Source of the DNA: Eledone cirrhosa
Taxonomy: Eukaryota
Length of the DNA: 64,000 nt
Assembly: GCA_964016885.1 (NCBI GenBank)
Contig: OZ024751.1
Coordinates: 29,078,001 to 29,142,000, forward strand
Direction of reading: 5' to 3'
The translations under genes and the position numbers were made by a program. A model generated the notes under the pieces. The model worked only from the letters and a program-made list of their open reading frames with translations. It was not told the origin of the DNA and searched no databases. Position 1 is the stretch's first letter; each line of letters opens with the position of its first letter. This document shows, piece after piece, positions 1-13,250 of the stretch.

Positions 1-19
1 ACATCAACTAGACTGATGA

Positions 20-185
20 TACCCCAGTACTTGACTGGTATTTTATTATATTGAACCCCCTCCCCCTGAAAGGAGGAAAAATTAAGTTAACCTAAACAGG
101 ATTTGATCTCAGGACATAAAGATCTGTAGCAAATACTACAAGGTATTTACCAAATACTGTGACCACTTTGCTGTCCACCACCTTT
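20..185 (-). mobile_element. tRNA-derived SINE, family B (degenerate copy)
   Basis: Matches the recurring core cccagt..actggtactttattttatcgaccccgtaaggatgaaaggcaaagttaacctcggcgggatttgaactc; reverse-complement B-box (gagttcaaat) on the - strand. Confidence 0.6.
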
Positions 186-329
186 AGTTTGGGAAATAAT
201 AGAAGTATTTGAAATGTCTTCCATTACAGTTGTGCCTTGTTAAGGCTGTTTAGGGCTAAACAACAGTAACAATGGTTAAAGCTGTGACCAGGGTTTTCAT
301 TGATATGGAACTGGTCATTACATAGCCAC

Positions 330-530
330 TTCTCTCTCTCTCTCTTTCTCTTTCTATCTCTCTATGTTCCTCTATCTCTCTTGCTTCCCCCTCTCTCTCT
401 CAACTATCTCTCCCTCTCTCTCTCACTCTCTCACGCTCTCTCTCACTCTCTCTTTCACTCTTTATCTTTCTATCTCCTGACTCATTCTACTTATCTATAT
501 TGCTTTAACAAACACTCCTTTTGCACAAGT

Positions 531-568
<38 letters not shown>

Positions 569-1322
569 CCACAGACATGCACAAATATTCACACTCAGAC
601 AGACAAACAGACAGACAGACACACACACACACACATACATACACAAATATTCACACTCACACACACATTCACACAGACAGACAGATATGTACACACAAAC
701 ACACAGATACACACACAAATATTTACACACAAGCATGCACACATAGATATTCACACTCACACGGAAACACACAATCACACACAGACATACGCAGATATGT
801 ACACATAAACACACACAGACATATGCAGATATATACATACACAGACATATGTACATACACAGACATATGTACATACACAGGTAGACAGTGAAGGTGTGCC
901 TATGTAAGAGGTGGGGCAGGGGTGGTGATGTGCTGAAGACAATGAAGTTTATCACTATATTTCTGTCTGTGTGTGTATAAATGTATGTATGTATGTGTTC
1001 CTATGCGCGTGTGTGTGTGTATATGCATACATATATATGGGTGTGTGTGTTTGTGTGAATCTATGTGTGGACATATACATTAATGCGCACACACACTGAC
1101 ATACATATACATACATACATTCACACACACACACATAGACATACACGCACACGCACACACTCACACACACGCACTCACATAAATATTCCAGATTTTCTTT
1201 TGAAGTATATTTGAAGCTCATTCTTCCCATTTAATTAACACCAACAAAGCCAAAGCATTAACAACATATACACATGTGTGTGTATATATATATATATGTG
1301 TGTATATATATATATATGTGTG

Positions 1323-1369
<47 letters not shown>

Positions 1370-1370
1370 T
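330..1370. repeat. Compound (CT)n/(CA)n/(TG)n/(TA)n microsatellite block
   Basis: Directly visible; source of the overlapping HT/VC-rich ORFs. Confidence 0.9.
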
Positions 1371-1507
1371 TATATATAGGCTGCAGTTATAATATTAAAA
1401 ATGACGAACTACCGACATCATACCTATATATAACATGAATTAATTCTGAATATTAATTACTAGTTCTCTTGTACAATATTAATTTACTCTCTCTCTCTCT
1501 CTCTCTT

Positions 1508-1538
<31 letters not shown>

Positions 1539-1549
1539 ACAGTTAATTT

Positions 1550-2325
1550 TGTTCTAAACTTCATTTCAGTATATTACTTCAAAAGTACCACCAACAACTA
1601 TCAATGGTTCTATGATAGGAAGCTATTTATTTTAAAATGTTTATATCTATCTAAAAACCTTCCATCATAATTTTATGCAGCAACCTTTGTTATATTCCAA
1701 ACACTAGTATAATAAGAAAGTTTGTTATATTCGAAAATCCTTTCATATTTTTGATTATTTTCAAGATTATTTGAAAATCATAAGCAGTTTCTTTCATTAG
1801 ATCCTCCATCATAATTTTATGTAAGAACCTTTGTTATGTTATGTTCCAAACATAGCTTTACTAACAAGAAACCATAGTTGTATTTACTAATTCACTCCAA
1901 GTTCTGAATATCTTGTTATATAAAGGGAAACTCTTTTGAAACTAAACTGCCTGAAACCATCTCTATATCTATGATAACACTTTGTTTATTTTAAAATATA
2001 TATATATTTAATAGTATTCCATTAAAGTTTATGTAAGAGTTTGTGCTAAGTTACTTTCCAAACAACAGCTAATAATGTGAAGGTTATATTACTAAATCCT
2101 ATAATATATTGTATATATTTAAAAGTATTCCATTAAAGTTTATGTAAGAACTTGTGTGTAGTTACTTTCCAAACAGCTTATAACGAGAAAGTTGGTTATA
2201 TTATTATTAAATCCCTTTAAATTCTCGAATATTTTCAAATACATTTGAAAATGATAGGCTGTATATTTCATTAGAGATCTGGTAATGAAATGGTTAAGAC
2301 AATCTCAAATGTTTTTGAAAACCAG
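1550..2325 (-). mobile_element. Cluster of degenerate AT-rich piggyBac-type MITE copies (family P1)
   Basis: Repeated module ccttccatcataattttatg..aacctttgt..tattccaaac is the reverse complement of the TTAA-CCCTTT-bounded elements at 12.3-13.25 kb and 38.9-39.6 kb. Confidence 0.55.
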
Positions 2326-2337
2326 GCTATATATATA

Positions 2338-2722
2338 TCATCATCATCATCGTTTTACGTCGCTTTTCCCTGCTTGCAAGGGTGGGATGGGAACTGATTC
2401 TGGCTTGATTTCTACGGCTGGATGCCCTTCCTAACACCAACCTCATTTACAGTGAGTGCTGGGTGCTTTTTTTCCGTGGCGCCTACACGTCCACTTTACA
2501 GTGTCGGCTGGGTGCTTTTTTGCCGTGGCACCTCCACGACCACTTTGCAGTGGAATGATAGGGACCCCAGTCCCTATCATCTCATTTCTACAGCTGTGTA
2601 AACTGGAGCAATGTGAAATAAAGTGTCTTGCTCAAGGAAACAACACATCACCCGGTCCGAGAATTGAACTCACAACCTTTCGATTGCAAGCCCAATGCTC
2701 TAACCACTAAGCCATGTGCCTC
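2338..2722 (-). mobile_element. tRNA-derived CORE-type SINE, young family A
   Basis: On the - strand: A-box TGGCTTAGTGG, B-box GAGTTCAATTC, CORE-like ccttgagcaagacact, tail ggttggtgttaggaagggcatccagc and (ATG)n end; near-identical to six other copies in the window. Confidence 0.9.
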
Positions 2723-3161
2723 TCATCCTTACGGGGTCGATAAAATAAAGTACCAGTAATACACTTGGTAATTGCTGGCCTTGTGCCAAAAGTAGAAACA
2801 ATTATTATTTTAATATGTTGTTGCTGGTCAGTGTTGTTGATTTGTGTTTTATGGGAAACAATAACAAGCAAAACAAACAAAAACTAAAAAAACAAAGAAG
2901 ACACCAACCACCAAAGAAAAACATCAACATCAACAACAACAACAACAACAACACCAACCACAACAACTATAGTCTCTTTTATTGTTCTGTATGTGACCTG
3001 AAATTAAGACTGACACCAAAGCAATCAGTTTGCTTGGTTCTATGTTGAAATTCATTTAAAATGATTTGCAATGCTGTTGTTTCTTAATTCTCTGGTGACT
3101 TACCAAAAAGACAAATATATATATATATATATATATACCCAAAACAATATATATATATATA

Positions 3162-3223
<62 letters not shown>

Positions 3224-3272
3224 GATACTCGACACTCACATGTGTGTGTGTATATAATATATATAGAGAGAG

Positions 3273-3340
3273 AGGGTATTCTAAAAAATGTATACACACT
3301 TCAGCATTCAAATAAGTGTGTATACATTTTTTGGGACACA
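3273..3340. mobile_element. Tiny Tc1/mariner-type MITE
   Basis: Imperfect TIRs (agggtattctaaaaaatgtatacac / gtgtatacattttttgggacac) in a TA context; same family as 15885-15965. Confidence 0.6.
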
Positions 3341-3349
3341 TATATATAT

Positions 3350-3540
3350 AATTGTTTCTACTTTTGGCACAAGGCCAGCAATTATCCAGTGCATTACTGG
3401 TACTTTATTTTATCGACCCCGTAATGATGAAAGCAAAGTTAACCTCGGCGGGATTTGAACTCAGAATGGCAAGGGCCGTAACTCTATGCGTCAAAGCATG
3501 GCGTCCGACCCTCTACCGATTCTGCCAATCCACCACCCTT
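3350..3540 (-). mobile_element. tRNA-derived SINE, family B
   Basis: Full core and tRNA-like head on the - strand; matches copies at 25.6, 32.8, 36.9, 37.6, 45.2 and 51.6 kb. Confidence 0.85.
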
Positions 3541-3748
3541 GGTGATAATAATAAGTGATAAATATGACCAGGGCGAGCCAACCCTTTTAAACTAACCAAC
3601 AAACCAACCAGTTAATCTTTTCTCAATTGAATTAAAAACAAAAAATAAAGCACTCCCACCAAGGAAAAAAAAAACACTGTGCAATCTACAATGACAATAG
3701 CAACAAATTTCTCTGTTGATTATCTCTGTCTTGTGGTCTTGTCCGCAG

Positions 3749-3824
3749 GGCGCAGCCTCAAGACTGCTATTTCCTAGGCCTAGAGCCCATCACTCTACCT
3801 CTTCCCCCTCCCATTCTTCAGTGA
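3749..3824 (+). CDS. Candidate coding exon of an unidentified host gene (possible C-terminus AQPQDCYFLGLEPITLPLPPPILQ*)
   Basis: Unique, GC-richer sequence behind a long pyrimidine-rich acceptor (tctctgtcttgtggtcttgtccgcAG at 3747-3748); no recognised homology. Confidence 0.25.
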
Positions 3825-4027
3825 CCCTAGAGCCCTTGCCCTTCCCTTCATTTTCCACTTTTAAATATCTGTAGTGTTTTTATTTGAAATAGATTTTTAT
3901 ATGTCAGGTATGACCCAATTTGAAGTCAACATTAAAAACAAGCACCACACAACAACAACAACAGCTATTGAACTGATGTGACAACAATAACTACAACAAA
4001 CATATGAATCGAAGCACTTAGATATAT

Positions 4028-4240
4028 CATCATCATCGTTTAACGTCCATCTTCCATGCTAGATGGTTTTGTTCCATTCAATGTGGAAACCATGTCTCGC
4101 TTGCACGGAAGCGTCTCTGGCAGGTTTTTTTTTTTTACTGCTGGATGCCCTTCCTAACACCAACCACATTTACAGTGTGGACTGGGAGCCTTTTCACCGT
4201 GTCTCCTACACGGCCACCTTACAGTATGGACCGTCGTGTC
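4028..4240 (-). mobile_element. SINE 3' half (ggaagggcatcc tail family)
   Basis: catcatcgtttaacgtcc...ggatgcccttcctaacaccaaccacatttacagtgtggactggg, shared with many copies. Confidence 0.75.
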
Positions 4241-4244
4241 ATCG

Positions 4245-4605
4245 CCATAGTGGACGGAACGGGAGAGGTAGGGTGTGGAAATGGGGTGTACATTGAGTTA
4301 AGAGGTGCCTACAGACTGTAGGTTTGTATGCAATGGTAGTCGGGTCTTCTGTACAACTGCATGGCACCAAAGGTCTCAATCCAGTGTCATTGTCTTGTAG
4401 GTGAGCAAGGTCAGTTTTTATTACCTTGACCCAGATTTTTCTTGGTCTACCCACTCCACAGCTTCCATTATTTTTCATTGCCCTGCTTTTTTTATACAGC
4501 TGTCGTCCTTCATACACATCACATGTCCATACCAACACAATCTCCTCTCCAGAAAACAACATTTGTTACCTCTTCTGCTTAGTTTCCCTCTTAGTTTGTT
4601 TATGT
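4245..4605 (-). mobile_element. RTE-clade LINE 3' fragment (frameshifted)
   Basis: Translates to ERRLCWYGHVMCMKDDSCIKK and GVGRPRKIW, the typical RTE ORF2 C-terminus; homologous to 21.4-21.8 kb. Confidence 0.85.
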
Positions 4606-4945
4606 GTGTGTCTGTGTTTGTTGCCATACAACAGCAACAAATCACTTCATTTTTCTGTGCATATATGCATGTTTGAATGTGTGTGTATGTATGTATGTAT
4701 ATATGTATATATATATATACATACATACATACACACATATATATATATATATATATTTATCTATGTGTTCATGTCTGTATGTAAGTATGTGTATGTACGT
4801 GTGTGTATGTATGTGGTATGTATATGTATACCTGTGTGTAAGTATGTGTGCATTTGTATCTATGCATGTATATGTCTGTATGTCTGTGTTGTGTACAACC
4901 AACATATCTGAGTAGTAATGTATGTGTATGTATGTATGTATATGT

Positions 4946-4979
<34 letters not shown>

Positions 4980-5180
4980 CTGTCTGTGTGTACTATATAT
5001 ATATAGATATATTGTACCATACAAGCAACTAATCTCAGCAGTAATGGTACTTGGCCAATTCAATTAATTGAAATTAGTAATTTATTAAAAAGCCACCAGA
5101 GTAACTAAGATAGTAGTAAACTAATAATGAAACAGTTTTTACCTAATTGACTAATTAAATATTTTAACTATCATTTGTTT

Positions 5181-5211
<31 letters not shown>

Positions 5212-5899
5212 CATTTATGTATGCATATATGTATATATATATATATGCACATACATAAAAATGTATACATACATATATATATATGTCGATGTATGTATAT
5301 ATATATGTATACATACATATATATGTTTATACTTACATATGTATACTTACATATGTATACATCCATACATGTATATATACATTTTTTGTTGTTTTCATTC
5401 CTTTCTTCTTTCTTTTCTTTGTCTTCCCCTTCCTCTTGTCCTACTTTGTCCTTCTGGTATATCTTTTTGTTGTTGGTGTTGTAAACTCATGTACCACTTG
5501 ACTTTAGTTTCGAACTGTTGACTTTACAGTTCATATCAAGTAAGGCATATGTGTGTTATATAAGGTTACGTACTGGGTCACAACTTACTGGATCTGTCTA
5601 CATACACTTCCAGTAGTAGTATGAGTAGGAAGTAGATGTGGAGCAAGATCATTGATAAATCTTAAGTAGTTCTGTCTAATTTAGCTCCAGGAGGAGCAGG
5701 TTGAAGATGAAGAAGATCTTTGGTAAATCTTAGGAATAGGCTACATAGCCGGTCCCGGCAAAATAGACAAACAGGCTTTTTAAGCTTAATTTACCAGTAA
5801 ACCCTAAAGGATGCATCTCTAACTGCGGTCTGGGATGCTTATTGTTTTGCTGAATAATGTTTCTACTTTTGGCACAAGGCCAGCAAAAACAAAAGGGTC

Positions 5900-7095
5900 A
5901 GAATGATGGTGGTGATGATGATGGTGATGGTCAGAATGATGATGGTCAGCATGATGATGATGGTGAAGGTGGTGGTGGTGATGATCAGAGTGATGGTGAT
6001 GGTGTTGGTGGTGATGGTGGCGGTGGTGATGGTGGTGATGGTCAGAGTGATGGTGTTGGTGGTGATGGTGAGAATGATGGTGATGGTGGTGATGGCCAGA
6101 ATGATGGTGATGGTGGTGGTGGTGATGGTCAGCGATGGTGAAGGTTGTGGTCAGAATGATGATGATGGTGATGGTGATGATCAGAATGATGGTGGTATTG
6201 GTGATGGTCAGAATGATGATGATGATGATATACAGAATATGGCAACAAGAATGAGAAAAACATGACTATTAACGAAACCCACACCACCCCACCATTATCT
6301 CCTTAGTCCCTTAGCCCCCCAGTCACCCCTGTGTCTGACCAACACTGTTTGTTGTTATAAGAAACACTGCCATGATATAGAAATGAAATATCTGTTATAA
6401 CACATAAAGTTTTGGCAGAGATGGGCAGCTCTCCAGAGAAACCAATGGTACAGAGGTAAGATATATAAAAGGATGGTAGAGGTGATGGTGGTGGTGGTAG
6501 TGATATTGTTTGTGGTGTTGGTGGTGATGTTTGTGGTGTTGGTGATGGTGGTGATGTTGTTTGTGGTGATGCTGGTTATGGTAGTGATGTTTGTGGTGGT
6601 GGTGATGGTAGTGATGTTGTTTGTGGTGTTGATGTTTGTGGTGTTTATGGTGGTGGTGATGGTAGTGATGTTGTTTGTGGTGATGCTGGTTATGGTAGTG
6701 ATGTTTGTGGTGGTGGTGGTTATGGTGGCGGTGATGGTAGTGATGTTGTTTGTGGTGGTGATGGTAGTTATGGTGGTTATGGTGGTGTTTATGGTGGTCG
6801 TGATGGTGGTTATGGTGGTGGTGATGGTAGTGATGTTGTTTGTGGTGATGGTGGTTATGATGGTGGTGATGATAGTGATGTTGTTTATGGTGATGATGTT
6901 TGTGGTGTTGGTGATGTTAGTGATGTTGGTGGTTATGGTGGTGGTGATGGTAGTGATGTTGTTTGTGGTGTTGCTGATGGATGTGGCAGTGATGTGGTGG
7001 TTGTGGTGATGGTGGCAGTGGTGGTTATGACGGTGGTAGTGGTGGTGGTAGTGATGGTAGTGGTACTGTTTATAGTGGTGGTGGTGGTTATGGTA
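5900..7095. repeat. (GAT/GGT)n degenerate trinucleotide repeats
   Basis: Directly visible. Confidence 0.85.
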
Positions 7096-7165
7096 AATGT
7101 AAGACTACATAATGTTGACCAAGAGAGCAAGTGTTGTGTACGGAGGCTTGCTCCTCCAGCCACTA

Positions 7166-7948
7166 GTACCACCACCACCACCACCACCACCACCACCACC
7201 ACCACCACCACCACCACTACCACCACCACCACCACCACTACCACCACCACCACCACCACCACTACCACCACCACCACCACCACCACCACCACCACCACCA
7301 CTACCACTACCACCACCACTACCACCACCACCACCACCACTACCACCACCACCACCACCACCACCACCACCACCACCACCACCACCACCACCACCACCAC
7401 CACTACCACTACCACCACCACTACCACCACCACCACCACCACTACCACCACCACCACCACCACCACCACCACTACCACCACCACCACCACCACCACCACC
7501 ACCACCACCACCACCACCACCACCACCACTACCACCACCACTACCACCACCACCACTACCACCACCACCACCACCACCACCACCACCACCACTACCACCA
7601 CCACTACCACCACCACCACCACCACCACCACCACCACCACCACCACCACCACCACTACCACCACTACCACCACCACCACCACTACCACCACCACCACCAC
7701 TACCACCACCACCACCACTACCACCACCACTACCACCACCACCACCACCACCACTACCACCACCACTACCACCACCACCACCACCACCACCACCACCACC
7801 ACCACCACCACCACCACCACCACTACCACCACTACCACCACCACCACCACTACCACCACCACCACCACTACCACCACCACCACCACTACCACCACCACTA
7901 CCACTACCACCACCACCACCACCACCACCACTACCACCACTACTACCA
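7166..7948. repeat. ~780-bp (CCA)n microsatellite interrupted by CTA
   Basis: Directly visible; gives the poly-T/P/V/G ORFs. Confidence 0.97.
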
Positions 7949-9349
7949 GTGCAACCATCAACAAAAACACCATCTAGCCTCACTGCAACAGCAACAACAA
8001 CACTACATTCTGATGCATTAGTTGCTGATGATATTTGCATGTCCAGCTGTTGTTAGTGTTGGTGGTGATAGTGGTGTTGTTAGTGTTGATGATGGTGCTG
8101 GTGGTGATGATGGCAGTGATGGTGCTGCTGTGGGTAGTGATGATGATGATGATGATGATGATGGTGGTGGTGTTGTTAGTTTTGGTTCTGTTGTTGGTGG
8201 TGGTGTTGTCAGTAGTGGTGGGTGTGGTGATGGTGTTGTTGGTGCTGCTGTGGGTAGTGATGATGATGATGATGATGATGATGGTGGTGGTGTTGGTGGT
8301 GGTGGGTGTGGTGATGGTGGTGGTGGTGGGTGTGGTGATGGTGGTGTTGGTGCTTCTCACTAGTTTATGTACTGATAGGTCAGGGATCAACACACACACA
8401 GACATACACATAGCAAGTACACAGCCACATAGATACACACATACATGCAAACATGCACACAAACATAGACTCACATAGACACATGCACCCGAACACACAC
8501 ATAGACACATGCACACAAACATAGACTCACATAGACACATGCACCCGAACACACACATAGACACATGCACACAAACATAGACTCACATAGACACATGCAC
8601 CCGAACACACACATAGACACATGCACCCGAACACACACACATAGACACATACATACAAACATAGACTCACATAGACACATGCACCCAAATACACAAATAT
8701 GCACACACATACACACACCACCACAGTCTCAAGTTGTAGTCATATATAACAGACATGAAAGTTTTGTCTTGTGCTGGGCCCATTGTTTACTAATAGCTCA
8801 CATATACATATGTATAAATACACACACACATATATATACACACACACACACATATATATATACACACACACACACATATATATACACACACACACATATA
8901 CTCTCAAACTCATGTTAACAAGAATGGACATTAAATGATGTGTGTATATATATATATACTCATACACACACATAGCGTGGGAAACAGATGTTAAATGATG
9001 ATATATATATATATGTATGTATATATATATATGTATGTTTATATATATATGTATGTATATTTTTGTATATATATATATATGTGTGTGTATATATTTGTAT
9101 ATATATATATATGTGTGTGTATATATTTGTATATATATATATAGTATTGCTTCTGTTACTGCTGTAGGCTGATGGTATGTTTAATGTTGTATCAATTGCT
9201 TTAGGGTATATAACAGACTCAGGAAGTGTTATGTAGCAGTGTATATAGCAGACTAAATACCAACATACCAACCACTATCAATAAGTTTCTTGTTTTCTCT
9301 TATGTTCTCATGTCAAATCTCACTAGAGTTAACTTGGATTTCCAGGGGT

Positions 9350-9990
9350 TGATTAACTAAATACCAGACATGTTCGATAGTTATGAGTGGCCCTTTGGCA
9401 AGTCCTAGCACTCTAGAAGCCACCCCATGCCAGGGCTGTGTGTGAAGATATTGGCAGCTGGATATTGGTTTTGAGATCAGTGGAATTGAGGAGTGGCTCT
9501 GTTATGGTGTTAGCTGTGAATATACCAGAATATGCAGCTCTGGATTAAAACATGGGTGACCTTTTGGCAAGGCCTAGCACCCTGGAAGCCACCTCATGCC
9601 AGGGCTCTGTGCAAAGATATTGACAGTGGGATGTCTGTTGTGAGATCAGTTAGGGCAATGGCCCTGAAATGGTGTTAACTGTGAATATACCGAATAAGCA
9701 GCTCTGGATTAAATCATGGGAGGGGGGGGGGGTCCTTTGGCAAGGCCTAGCACCCTGGGAACTATACCATGCCAGAGCTGTGTATGAAGACATTGGCAGT
9801 GGGATATTGGTTGTGAGATGAATTGGTTTGGGGAATGGCCCTTTAATAGGGTTAGCTGTGAATATACCAGAATAAGCAGCTCTGGACCTAAACATGGGTG
9901 GCTCATTCGGCAAGCCCTAGTACTCACCAGCCACATCTTGTCAGGGCTACGTAAGAAGACATTAGCAGCAGGATGTCAGATGTAATCAGT
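9350..9990. repeat. Diverged ~170-bp tandem repeat, about 3.5-4 units
   Basis: Motif ttggcaagNcctagcac recurs at ~9394, 9563, 9736 and 9906. Confidence 0.85.
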
Positions 9991-10169
9991 GGTGACATCT
10001 AATGAATCTGACCTTTGGTATTGTATGACAATGGTGTCATGTAAATGATCCATCATGCTGGACAATGGATGAGACCTAAACTTTCCGAGTAAGATAGATA
10101 CTGTGAGAACACAAGAGTAGAGCCTTGTGTTCCCTACTGCCTGGGGACAATAGATGAAACTTAAATATT

Positions 10170-10760
10170 CATCATCACCATCATCATTATTATCACCATG
10201 TCCTCACCACCACCACCCATTATTATCACCATGGCACCACCACCACCACCCATCATTATCACCATGCCACCACCACCACCCATCATTATCACCATGGCAC
10301 CACCACCACCATCATCACCATGTCCCCACCACCACCACCACCACCACCCATCATTATCACCATGGCACCACCACCACCATCATCACCATGTCCCCACCAC
10401 CACCACCACCACCCATCATTATCACCATGGCACCACCACCACCATCATCATCACCATGGCACCACCACCCATCACTATCACCATGGCACCACCACCATCA
10501 TCATTTTCATCACCATGGTCACCACCACCACCACCACTATCATTATCATCATTATTATCACCTTATCCACTACCACCACCACCACCACCACCACCATCAT
10601 CATTATTATTATTATTATTATCATCATGGCCATCACCACCACCACCGCCACTGCCACCACCATCACCACTACTACCATGATGATGATCATCATCATTATC
10701 ACCGTCACCATTGCCTCCACCACGATCGTCATTATCACCTCCACCACCACCACCATTTCT
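10170..10760. repeat. (CAC/CAT)n low-complexity repeat
   Basis: Directly visible. Confidence 0.85.
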
Positions 10761-10976
10761 TTTTAATAATAAATGAGGAAACAATATTAAGTTTTGATTC
10801 CTATCCTGCCGCTATCCTAATGACATTTTGTCCATTGACCGCCATCTTGTAAAATGTCCGTCACTTTTGATTTCCTGGGGGTTTCATTCACAAAAAAACA
10901 ACCAGAAATAAACTGTTCTTTGTCATGGCCATAATGTGATTAGCTTCGCATTTATATTTCTTTAAAATCTAAAGTA

Positions 10977-11022
<46 letters not shown>

Positions 11023-11512
11023 TATACACACACCTAAAGTATAACTATATATATATATATATATATATACACATACACACACATGTATATATATATACGT
11101 ATCTATATATATATATACACACACATATACACACACATGTATATATATATACGTATCTATATATATATACACACACATATACACACACATGTATATATAT
11201 ATATATTTATATGTATATATATATATTTATATGTATATATATGTATATATATATATATATAGACACACATATATATATATACATATATTTATATATATAC
11301 ACACATATATATATATGTGTGTATGTATTTGTATCCATATGTGTGTATATATCTGTATGTGTCTATATGAGTGTATGTGTGAGTTCATATACACCAATAT
11401 ACATATACATGCACATTGAATTGTTTTTCATAGTATTATAAAGAAAACTAAATTTTTAAAAATCCTATAAATATATATATATATATATAGGATATATATA
11501 TGCTTATTCTTC

Positions 11513-11585
<73 letters not shown>

Positions 11586-11691
11586 CATTCTCATTGTTAC
11601 AAAAGCTAATTCAATTCGGAAAAGTATTTGTATACATGCAAACATGCACACTCACACACATATGTGTACGTGTGTGTATGTGTGTGTGTGT

Positions 11692-11729
<38 letters not shown>

Positions 11730-11829
11730 AGTTTCATTTTGTTTTCTTCTCTTTAGAGAAAATATTCTTTTAGAAACACAAATCTTGAAGATTTTCATCC
11801 AATTTCATTCATCATTGGCATTCTTATTG

Positions 11830-11946
11830 TTGATGATGGTGGGTATGATGATGATGATGGTGGGTATGATGATGATGATGATGATGGTGGTGGGTATGAT
11901 GATGATGATGGTGGGTATGATGATGATGATGATGATGGTGGTGGGT

Positions 11947-11988
<42 letters not shown>

Positions 11989-12111
11989 GTGGTGGTGGGT
12001 ATGATGATGATGATGATGATGGTGGTGGGTATGATGATGATGATGATGATGGTGGTGGGTATGATGATGATGATGGTGGGTATGATGATGATGATGATGA
12101 TGGTGGTGGGT

Positions 12112-12144
<33 letters not shown>

Positions 12145-12290
12145 GTGGTGGTGGGTATGATGATGATGATGAGGATGAGGAGTAGGATGATGATGATGAT
12201 GGTGGTGGCGGCGGCAGTAATGCCGATGATAATGATAATGATAATGATGGTGGTGGTAATGATGATGATGTTGATGATTGTGATGGTAAT
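11830..12290. repeat. (ATG)n-GTGGGT compound repeat
   Basis: Directly visible. Confidence 0.9.
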
Positions 12291-12322
12291 AGCTTTGGTG
12301 GTTCCTACACCACAAAATACTG

Positions 12323-13250
12323 TTTAACTCTAACACTTTCGTGATCATATTGCTAATGAAATACACTCTATTTTAATTAATTAATGAAGAAGTTTGAGGG
12401 ATTTATTAAAATTATTAATTAATTCATTCATTACTAAAATAGTAACTTAACACATGGATGGCTCTTTATAAAATTATGTTGGAAAATTACAATTTAAATA
12501 GAAACTCTTTAAAATGGATGTTTGTGTTTCATAAAGAATTTTACTAAAATTACTAATTATTTTATAACTAAGATGGTAACTTAACCCTTTCATGACTGCA
12601 TTTCTAATGAAAAACACTTTATTTCATTTAATTAATGAAGAATTTTAAGGAATTATTAAATTATTAATTATTTCATTACTAAGATAGTAACTTACTGTTT
12701 TGTATTTTAACCTTTTCATAACTGTTTTTCTAATGAAATACACTCTATTTCAATTAATTAATGAAGAATTTTGAAGGATTTTCTAAAATTATTAATTATT
12801 TCACTACTAAGATAGTAACTTAATATAAGGTTCTTATATAAAATTATGTTGGAAGGTTTTAATTTAATTTGGAAATTATTTCATAGAACCAGAGTTGGTT
12901 TTGGCCAGACTGATAACAAAAGGTTTAACATCTTTGTTTTTTTGTTAATATACAATTATGTTGGAGTATTTTAATTTAAATAGGAACCATTTAACCCTTT
13001 TGTTATAGTATATCTAATAAAAGACACTGCTGTTGTGTTTCAAATAATTTAGAAAATTAATCAAACATTTGGAGGAATTTAATAAAATAACTAATTCTTT
13101 CATTAGAAAGCTGATATTTAGAACATTACTAAAGAAACATTTTGTAAATTGTGATGGAAGGATTTAATATAAGCAAAAACATGTTAAAATGAACAATTTT
13201 GAATCATATATCTAAGGCAGATTCAAGAAATTTGGTATCAAAAGGGTTAA
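12323..13250 (+). mobile_element. Tandem cluster of piggyBac-type MITEs (family P1)
   Basis: Several TTAA-CCCTTT starts (12581, 12991) and an AAAGGG-TTAA end (13250); internal modules repeated. Confidence 0.65.

Noticed and set aside
2456-2710. Recurrent ORF ...PRPLCSGMIGTPVPIISFLQLSKLEQCEIKCLAQGNN... (also at 22512, 26443, 34681, 40222, 57260) as a multigene family
   Set aside because: It is the antisense reading of the young SINE A; starts are inconsistent and indels vary between copies
6933-8056. Long ORFs (poly-Pro extensin/formin-like, poly-Thr mucin-like, poly-Gly)
   Set aside because: Translations of a (CCA)n microsatellite that is open in several frames on both strands
11500-12366. 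Met-rich (reflectin-like) or His-rich ORFs
   Set aside because: Pure (ATG)n repeat; no reflectin motif
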